DNA of 32,054 bases from an uncultured Candidatus Peribacteria bacterium. Lineage in GTDB: Bacteria; Patescibacteriota; Gracilibacteria; UBA4473. The stretch covers positions 1-32,054 of the forward strand of contig CAZMOH010000001.1 in the NCBI GenBank assembly GCA_964567875.1, in the 5' to 3' direction. A program made the translations under genes and the position numbers. Below are positions 24,469 through 30,444 of this stretch, piece by piece. How positions within the stretch are numbered: the stretch's first letter is position 1; the number at the start of each line of letters is the position of its first letter. The notes under the pieces were generated by a model. That model did no database searches. It saw only the letters and a list, made by a program, of their open reading frames with translations, and was not told the DNA's origin.

Positions 24469-24498
24469 GTTTTTCTTGTGAAAGCTCTAAGTATAAGG

Positions 24499-24516
24499 AA
24501 AATTTCGCGGGATTTT
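24499..24516 (-). repeat. Exact 18-mer motif copy
   Basis: Lies between the divergent rpmB and pth promoters. Confidence 0.95.
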
Positions 24517-24525
24517 TTCTTTATT

Positions 24526-24554
24526 TTTGCAGACTTTTTGTAATAAACTACAAT
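24526..24554 (+). promoter_or_regulatory. Candidate promoter of pth (implies leaderless mRNA)
   Basis: TTTGCA (24526-24531), a 17-nt spacer, then TACAAT (24549-24554). The -10 overlaps ATG 24553, and ATG 24562 (MKLIVGLGN) lies 7 nt downstream of it. Confidence 0.4.
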
Positions 24555-25104
24555 GACTTTGATGAAATTAATAGTTGGGTTAGGTAATTTTGGTCAAAAA
24601 TATAAAAAAACTCGTCATAATTTAGGATTTATGGCAATCGAAAATCTCGCGAAAAAAATGGCGCAAAATGATTTTAAATATGAGAAAAAATTTTTCGGGC
24701 GACTAACAACAGGGGAAATAAATGGAGAAAAAACAATTTTTCTCAAACCAGAAACCTACATGAATTTATCAGGAAAATCAGTTTTAGCGGTTGCCCAATT
24801 TTACAAAATTCCCGCGAAAAAAATTGTAGTCTTTTCTGATGATTTAGATTTACCGTTTGGTAAGTTTCGGTGGCGTGAGAAAGGTGGACACGGAGGTCAT
24901 AATGGCTTGCGAAATATTATTTCCGTTTTGGGGACATCAAATTTTCCGCGTCTAAAATTTGGAATATCAAATGAATCTCGCCAAAAAATGCCAGCAGAAA
25001 ATTTTGTTTTAACAAAATTTTCACCGGCAGAACAAAAAGAAATACCCCAAATACTTGAAAAAGGATTATCGGAGTTTTTAATCAGACTAGCAGATGGCAA
25101 TTGA
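24553..25104 (+). CDS. pth: Peptidyl-tRNA hydrolase
   Basis: Contains LIVGLGNFGQKYKKTRHNLGF...YMNLSGKSV...GGHNGLR. The true start is possibly ATG 24562. Confidence 0.93.
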   Translation: MTLMKLIVGLGNFGQKYKKTRHNLGFMAIENLAKKMAQNDFKYEKKFFGRLTTGEINGEKTIFLKPETYMNLSGKSVLAVAQFYKIPAKKIVVFSDDLDLPFGKFRWREKGGHGGHNGLRNIISVLGTSNFPRLKFGISNESRQKMPAENFVLTKFSPAEQKEIPQILEKGLSEFLIRLADGN

Positions 25105-25651
25105 AAATTTTCGTGGGATTTTAGGGACATGGGTCTATTCTAATGAAACAAATCCCGTTTTTCCATTGGGAAAAGTTGTTGATATTGTAATTGACCCTTT
25201 AATAGCAAAGGGAGTTGCTTTATGGATAAAAACAATTGATGGATTAAGGTTGGTTGATATTCGTGATATTCAAACCTGGAGAAAAAATATTTATATTCCG
25301 AGTCAAAAGGAAATTCTAAAACCAACAGAATTCCCGCGAATTTTACCAATATTAGAAAGAGAAGTGCCAATTATTGGGGCGGATGTTTTTGTTCAGGAAA
25401 TTAAAAATTTTCGAAAAATTGGAAAAGTTATTAACTTTGCTTTTATAAAAACAGAGATTTTAATTACGGATATAGAAGTAAATACTGGTTGGTGGATTTT
25501 TGGAAAAAAAATAAAAATAACACGCAAAAGAATTTTAAAAATAGATAAAACTGGAATTTTTGTTACTAATAATTTAATTCAAGACACAAAAGTAGTTAGT
25601 AAAAAAACAGAAGATGGAATAACTTTTTCATCGACTCCTAGTCCAAATTAA
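25094..25651 (+). CDS. Hypothetical protein (possibly PRC-barrel-like N-terminal region)
   Basis: 185-aa ORF overlapping the pth end by 11 nt. The LGKVVDIVIDP...GVALWI pattern only loosely suggests a PRC barrel. Confidence 0.45.
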   Translation: MAIENFRGILGTWVYSNETNPVFPLGKVVDIVIDPLIAKGVALWIKTIDGLRLVDIRDIQTWRKNIYIPSQKEILKPTEFPRILPILEREVPIIGADVFVQEIKNFRKIGKVINFAFIKTEILITDIEVNTGWWIFGKKIKITRKRILKIDKTGIFVTNNLIQDTKVVSKKTEDGITFSSTPSPN

Positions 25652-25667
25652 AATTTCGCGGGATTTT
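25650..25667 (-). repeat. Exact 18-mer motif copy
   Basis: Fills the convergent spacer, fused to the TAA at 25649-25651 and touching the GGCT-like stop. Confidence 0.95.
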
Positions 25668-26002
25668 TATTCATTTTCAACATAAACCCACCCGCTTGTT
25701 CCTGATTTAAAAACCTCTTTCACTCTTTTATAAGCTGAGACTTCGTATTTATCGGCTTGAGCCAGTTCTTCTTTAGTAATTTTAAACAAAACCCCAGTTA
25801 TTTCATCATTTTTATTTCCAGTGAAAACTAGCATTGGATGAATATTTTTACCACTAGATTTAATAACTTCGGGATCATTTATTTCTACTTCTTCCAGTTT
25901 ATATCCCTGTAGGATATCTTTTTTACCTTCTAGATATCTTCCAAAAGTATCCATTTGCACTTGTGGTAGTTGTAAAGTTCCGTAAGAAAAAAGTTTTTCC
26001 AT
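25667..26002 (-). CDS. Gamma-glutamylcyclotransferase / AIG2-like family protein
   Basis: 111 aa. The N-terminal LFSYGTLQ motif and the size are typical of the GGACT/AIG2 fold. Confidence 0.75.
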   Translation of the reverse strand: MEKLFSYGTLQLPQVQMDTFGRYLEGKKDILQGYKLEEVEINDPEVIKSSGKNIHPMLVFTGNKNDEITGVLFKITKEELAQADKYEVSAYKRVKEVFKSGTSGWVYVENE

Positions 26003-26060
26003 CTTTTAAAAAGTTCAGGATAAGTATATCAAAAAAAACTAAAAACAAAATCCCGCGAAG

Positions 26061-27113
26061 TTATCTTAATTTTTTTGCTAGCCGATAAATTTTATACCAA
26101 AATCTATCAAAAACGATTTCTACTCCGGGGCGATAAGTTTTACGATACCCACCAAATTTCCACTTAAATTCGGAAATTCCAGAATAAGCATGATTTGGTT
26201 CATTTTCTGGAGCAATTCCCAGAAAGTCATAAGTTCGACAGCCCCGTTTTTTCGCGAAATTTATCATAAACCATTGCAAACCATACGGCGCCATTAAATT
26301 TCGATATTCACGATTAGAAGTTGATGCGCCAAAATAATAAATTGCTTTATCCCCACAAAAAGTAGAAATCGCTGTGGCAATTCTCTCGCCCTCAAATTCC
26401 GCGAAAAAAAGTACTGCATATTTATTCAAATTTTTTACAAAAGACTTGTAATAACTTTTTTGATGTCCACTAAATCCATCACGACTTGTTGTTTCGGTTG
26501 ATAAATTATAAAAATCATCTAAATCTTGATCGGTTATTTTTTCTGGTAAAATTTCGCGGAATTTTACGCCTTTTTTAGTTGATAATTTTATATTATATCG
26601 GCCTTTACGCTTCATTTCAGCTAAAAGTTCTTCATTGTTTTTCGTTAGATCTAGCTCCAAAGTATCAGTTGGTTGATAATTTTGAGTTGCTTTTTGTACA
26701 GAAAATCCCGCGAAAATATCCGGATCTTGTTTTTCCAAATAAGGATCAAGTCGCCAAAACAATCCTTTTTCACGATTTTCTAAAATTTCGCGGGATTTTT
26801 TTAACAAAAACTTAACAGCTTCTTCTTGTTTATCAGCAAAAACTGGGCCACGGGCTGAGTACCACCAAAATTTATTTAAAAATCCAGTTTGCATTTTAAC
26901 AGCCAAAATAGTTGCCAAAATTTCCCGCGAATTTTTATCGCGCACACCAAATCCCAAAACGGGCCCGCGTCCCGGAATTTGTTCTTGTAATTTTTTGAAA
27001 TCAGAAATCTGGTGAATTGAGCCACGTTTATTATTTATCACAAAGCTATCCCAATTTTCTTTTTCTGTTTCAGAAAACTCAAAGAATTCAAAATTTCGCG
27101 GGATTTTAAGCAT
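26061..27113 (-). CDS. FemAB-family peptidoglycan aminoacyltransferase (FemX-like)
   Basis: 350 aa with WDSFV...HQISDF, MKRKGRYNIKLSTKKGVKF, YYFGASTSNREYRNLMAPYGLQW and YDFLGI...EFKWKFGG. Confidence 0.85.
   Translation of the reverse strand: MLKIPRNFEFFEFSETEKENWDSFVINNKRGSIHQISDFKKLQEQIPGRGPVLGFGVRDKNSREILATILAVKMQTGFLNKFWWYSARGPVFADKQEEAVKFLLKKSREILENREKGLFWRLDPYLEKQDPDIFAGFSVQKATQNYQPTDTLELDLTKNNEELLAEMKRKGRYNIKLSTKKGVKFREILPEKITDQDLDDFYNLSTETTSRDGFSGHQKSYYKSFVKNLNKYAVLFFAEFEGERIATAISTFCGDKAIYYFGASTSNREYRNLMAPYGLQWFMINFAKKRGCRTYDFLGIAPENEPNHAYSGISEFKWKFGGYRKTYRPGVEIVFDRFWYKIYRLAKKLR
26782..26799 (-). repeat. Exact 18-mer motif copy
   Basis: Inside the FemAB-family CDS. Confidence 0.95.
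27090..27107 (-). repeat. Exact 18-mer motif copy
   Basis: Forms codons 3-8 of the FemAB-family gene (MLKIPRNF...). Confidence 0.95.
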
Positions 27114-27122
27114 CTTCTTCTT

Positions 27123-28631
27123 TTATAATTCGAGTGGAGTATAAATTATTTTTATAGAAGAGGAAGCTTTTTTACCATCTGGTCCATAAGCGACAACTTC
27201 GTAAACATTTTCTCCTTTTTTCATATTCCCGTATTTAGCATTAGCAATATAAACAAACTCGGTATCACCTGGTTTAAATTTGCGTAACTGAAATCCATTC
27301 ACTTCTACGCGGTTTGTTTTGGGATCAACTATACCTGAAATCATCACTACTTCACTAGAAGTTTGATAAGCATCCTCACCATTACGGCGAATTGGTTTTA
27401 AAATATCAGGAGCTTTGAATTCATCTAGTTTCCGTTCATCAATACTACGGAAATTTCGCGAAATATCTTCTACTTTGGGTTTAGCAAAACCGTCATAAAA
27501 GACTACTACTTCAGCCGGTTTAGATTCTTTGCCATCGCGACGAACTGCTTTAACTGTGTATTTATTCTCACCAGGGACAAGCGTTCCAAACTTTTTACTA
27601 GCAACATAACTCCACTTGCGATCGCCTGGTTCAAATTTTGTTAGTGTATAGCCGTTTACGACAACTTGAAAAATGTTTTCTGGTACAGTTCCCGAAATAA
27701 TTACCAAATCTTCACTGGCTGGAATATGTTCTTCATTTTGCGGTGATAATATAACTGGTGGTTCTATTTCTGGGTCAACTAGCTCGTTTTCACTAGTGCT
27801 TTTAATTTTTTCCGCAGATTTTTCAATCTCCCCGCGAATTTTCGCGGTTTCTTGTGGATCAAATTGTTCTAAATTCTTTAAATTCCATTCAGACTGAATA
27901 AATTCTTTATCATTAGGTTCTAAAACAATATCTCCATTAACGGCTTTTTCGTAAGTCTCATCATTAACTACTAATTTTTGTCCTGCTCCTATAACTACAT
28001 TTTTTACTCCTTCTCCACCAAATTCATGGACATCAACATCAACTTTCCCGCGAATTAAGCGAATAATATCTTCCGTTTCACTAGTTTTAACATCAAAAAT
28101 TGTTCCGTGAACATAAGTTGTGGAATTTTTCGCGGAAACTACAAAAGAGGATTTATCGTCAGCAAAATCATCTCCGACAACTTTGGTCCAGATTTCTCCT
28201 TTTTTCAAAGAAATTTCAATATTTTTTTGGCCGTCTTCCTTTGATATAAGTTTTGTAAACTCTAATTCTGTTTCTGGCTTAACAAAAATAGCGTTTCCTA
28301 AAATTCTAATTTCCACGATTCCATTCCCGCTTGTTTTAAGTTTATCTCCCTGTAACAAAGTCTGTCCAGAGTCGGCTCGTGTCCATAACTCTTTTTCGGT
28401 ATTGCCCAAAGCAAATTCAGCTGTCCCGTCTTTTATTTCCAAAACAGCTTCTGCTGATTGTGAAAGATCGTTTCCCGCGAAAAAATGCACAACTTTTATT
28501 CCAAGCCAACCAATAACAAGAATTGTTAACAAGAAAAGGAAAAGGGGTTTATAATTTTTTCCGCTTCGGCGCCGAGAATTTCGACGATAAGAATAAGATT
28601 GCGGACGATACCGGCTTCTATCTAATGACAT
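27123..28631 (-). CDS. Membrane-anchored envelope protein with a FecR-like domain and two tandem ~70-aa beta-rich repeats
   Basis: A basic N-terminus plus TM segment is followed by a FecR-like segment (ADSGQTLLQGDKLKTSGNGIVEIRILGNAIFVKPETELEF). Two repeats follow (VIISGTVPENIFQVVVNGYTLTKFEPGDRKWSYVA... and VMISGIVDPKTNRVEVNGFQLRKFKPGDTEFVYIA...). The ATG at 28631 is preferred over the tracked TTG at 28676. Confidence 0.6.
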   Translation of the reverse strand: MSLDRSRYRPQSYSYRRNSRRRSGKNYKPLFLFLLTILVIGWLGIKVVHFFAGNDLSQSAEAVLEIKDGTAEFALGNTEKELWTRADSGQTLLQGDKLKTSGNGIVEIRILGNAIFVKPETELEFTKLISKEDGQKNIEISLKKGEIWTKVVGDDFADDKSSFVVSAKNSTTYVHGTIFDVKTSETEDIIRLIRGKVDVDVHEFGGEGVKNVVIGAGQKLVVNDETYEKAVNGDIVLEPNDKEFIQSEWNLKNLEQFDPQETAKIRGEIEKSAEKIKSTSENELVDPEIEPPVILSPQNEEHIPASEDLVIISGTVPENIFQVVVNGYTLTKFEPGDRKWSYVASKKFGTLVPGENKYTVKAVRRDGKESKPAEVVVFYDGFAKPKVEDISRNFRSIDERKLDEFKAPDILKPIRRNGEDAYQTSSEVVMISGIVDPKTNRVEVNGFQLRKFKPGDTEFVYIANAKYGNMKKGENVYEVVAYGPDGKKASSSIKIIYTPLEL

Positions 28632-28698
28632 CGTCTCGATTTTGCTAAAAAACAATAATTTGTCAATTTTTTGCAAATTTCGCGGGATTTTTTTGTTT

Positions 28699-28715
28699 CC
28701 CAGATTCAGTCTGGG
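28699..28715. other. Perfect 6-bp hairpin CCCAGA-ttcag-TCTGGG in a divergent spacer
   Basis: Seen directly in the sequence. No adjacent T-run on either strand. Confidence 0.3.
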
Positions 28716-28787
28716 GGTATTCGTTATTTTTTTGCGAGAAAATTCGCGAAATTTCGTCTTCGGCAGAGTGGAATTTGGTTAAGACTA

Positions 28788-28813
28788 GGAGCGCTCGCTG
28801 ACGCTCGCGCTCC
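28788..28813. other. GC-rich hairpin GGAGCGC-(12 nt)-GCGCTCC
   Basis: An all-GC-rich 26-nt element with a 7-bp stem, set in otherwise AT-rich DNA. No T-run follows on either strand. Confidence 0.3.
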
Positions 28814-28917
28814 GTTGAATAGTTTTGGGATTAGGGAAAGAGGAATATTAAAAGATAGAAAATCCCGCGAAAAAAAGTTTGACAAGACCACTTTACTTAA
28901 ATAAAGTGCAAACATAA

Positions 28918-29232
28918 ATGAAAAATAATTTTCCCGCAAACAATTTAATCAAAGCATTTCTTGTGCCAAAAACGGAGAAAGAAATGGCTAATTTTTTGCG
29001 AGATTTGTTAACTTTAGATGAAATTTCTGATTTTTCACGGAGACTACAAGTGGCAGAAATGCTAAGTAAGGGAATTTCTTATAAAAAAATCGAGGAAAAA
29101 ACCAGAATGAGTTCAACGACAATTGCCAGAATTGCGAAATTTTTTCGCGGGAATTTTGGCGGATATCGCTTAGTTTTAGATAAAAAACATCATAACTCAC
29201 ATCTGGTCGTGCCGGCAGATTCTAAACTGTGA
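28918..29232 (+). CDS. TrpR-like YerC/YecD-family DNA-binding protein
   Basis: 104 aa with LLTLDEISDFSRRLQVAEMLSKGISYKKIEEKTRMSSTTIARI (HTH), typical of the YerC/YecD family. Confidence 0.8.
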   Translation: MKNNFPANNLIKAFLVPKTEKEMANFLRDLLTLDEISDFSRRLQVAEMLSKGISYKKIEEKTRMSSTTIARIAKFFRGNFGGYRLVLDKKHHNSHLVVPADSKL

Positions 29233-29261
29233 TTTTTTAAATAAGTTTTAAGTATAGATCT

Positions 29262-29283
29262 AACCGGCGCGACCGGTTTTTTT
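29262..29283 (+). terminator. Rho-independent terminator after the TrpR-like gene
   Basis: AACCGG-cgcga-CCGGTT followed by a T-run through 29283. Confidence 0.6.
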
Positions 29284-29351
29284 GTATTACTAAACTTATT
29301 TTTAAGATGAATAAATTCTTCCAAAACGCCATTTATCATTAACGGTTTTAC

Positions 29352-29369
29352 TAAAATCCCGCGAAATTT
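29352..29369 (+). repeat. Exact 18-mer motif copy
   Basis: Lies in the spacer upstream of the AstE/AspA-family gene. Confidence 0.95.
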
Positions 29370-29408
29370 TGCGGTGAATCTTAATTTATTTCTTAAAACT
29401 TTTTAAAA

Positions 29409-30374
29409 ATGAAAAACCCTTTATTTGATGACGGTAAAAACCCTAAACAACGACAACAACTTTATAATGCAGAATTATCTCAACCAACCTATGGTGAAAA
29501 AATGTGTGAATTTTTTAAAATTTCGCGGGATTTAAAATTTCCAGAAATATTTGATGAAAATAAGTGGCTTAAAGAAGTCGATAGCGGAAAAAACGGACCA
29601 ATAATTGCTATATCTGGGGCAATTCACGGAAACGAAAAAATAGGAATTGAAATAATTCGCGAAATTCAAAACATCAAATTAGAAGTTGGAAAACTTATTC
29701 TTATTGGTGGAAATCCTCGTGCTTATAAGAAAAATAAACGTTTTATTGATTATAATTTAAATCGCTCCTTTGGAGATCCCCCACTTGCTCCCGATAAAAG
29801 TTATGAAAAAATTCGTGCCGAACTAATCGGCAATATTCTGAAAACCTGTGATTTATTAATTGATATTCACCAATCTAATTCTGATAACACTTTTTGTGTT
29901 TGCGAGCCAAATAGTAATTCTCTGGCAACAAGTTTAAAGGAAAAATATGTTATAAATAGTATGGACGAAGGTTGTACCGATAAATATATGGATAGTTTGG
30001 GAAAACAAGCTGTTTGTATTGAGTTAGGGAAAATAGGTGATACAAAATCCCGCGAAAAAAATTTACAACAAGGATTAAAACAAGTGAAATTTATTTTAGC
30101 AAAAAATGGATTAATTAATGGAAATTACAAACCTGCTGGAAATGAAAAATCAGAAATTTTAAAAGTTTTTAAAGTTTATAAAGTTCAAAAAAAATTTACT
30201 TTAGATAAGAATATTCAAGCTTTTCAGATTTTGAAAACTGGAGAAATGATTGGAAATGACGGAAAAACTAAAATAATTTGTCCTCCAGAATGGAATAATT
30301 GTCGGATTTTATTCCCTAGAAGCCAAGAAACTATAGGACAAGAAGCTTTTTCTATAGCTAGAATTGAAAATTAG
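29409..30374 (+). CDS. Succinylglutamate desuccinylase/aspartoacylase (AstE/AspA, M14-like) family protein
   Basis: 321 aa with IAISGAIHGNEKIG (HxxE zinc site), YNLNRSF and LIDIHQS. Confidence 0.8.
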   Translation: MKNPLFDDGKNPKQRQQLYNAELSQPTYGEKMCEFFKISRDLKFPEIFDENKWLKEVDSGKNGPIIAISGAIHGNEKIGIEIIREIQNIKLEVGKLILIGGNPRAYKKNKRFIDYNLNRSFGDPPLAPDKSYEKIRAELIGNILKTCDLLIDIHQSNSDNTFCVCEPNSNSLATSLKEKYVINSMDEGCTDKYMDSLGKQAVCIELGKIGDTKSREKNLQQGLKQVKFILAKNGLINGNYKPAGNEKSEILKVFKVYKVQKKFTLDKNIQAFQILKTGEMIGNDGKTKIICPPEWNNCRILFPRSQETIGQEAFSIARIEN

Positions 30375-30444
30375 AAAAATTCCGCGAAATTTTGCTAATC
30401 TTGTAAACAAATTTATAATTCCCGCGAAAATTTAATTTTTAAAA

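Noticed and set aside
28120-28554. 144-aa + strand ORF (and 27673..27897) inside the FecR-like gene
   Set aside because: It is antisense to a CDS with an internal domain duplication and a TM anchor. The translation is Ser/Phe-rich.
28695-28860. The GC-rich spacer as SRP RNA, tmRNA, RNase P RNA or a tRNA
   Set aside because: There is no GGAA-tetraloop/AGCAGC SRP domain IV signature, no tRNA-like cloverleaf or T-loop (GTTCRANYC), and the region is too short for tmRNA or RNase P. It is retained only as an unassigned structured element.
28671-28939. ORFs 28671..28904 (+) and 28724..28939 (-) in the divergent spacer
   Set aside because: They overlap each other and are built from motif copies and the GC-rich hairpin. 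They have no family resemblance, so the region is better treated as non-coding.
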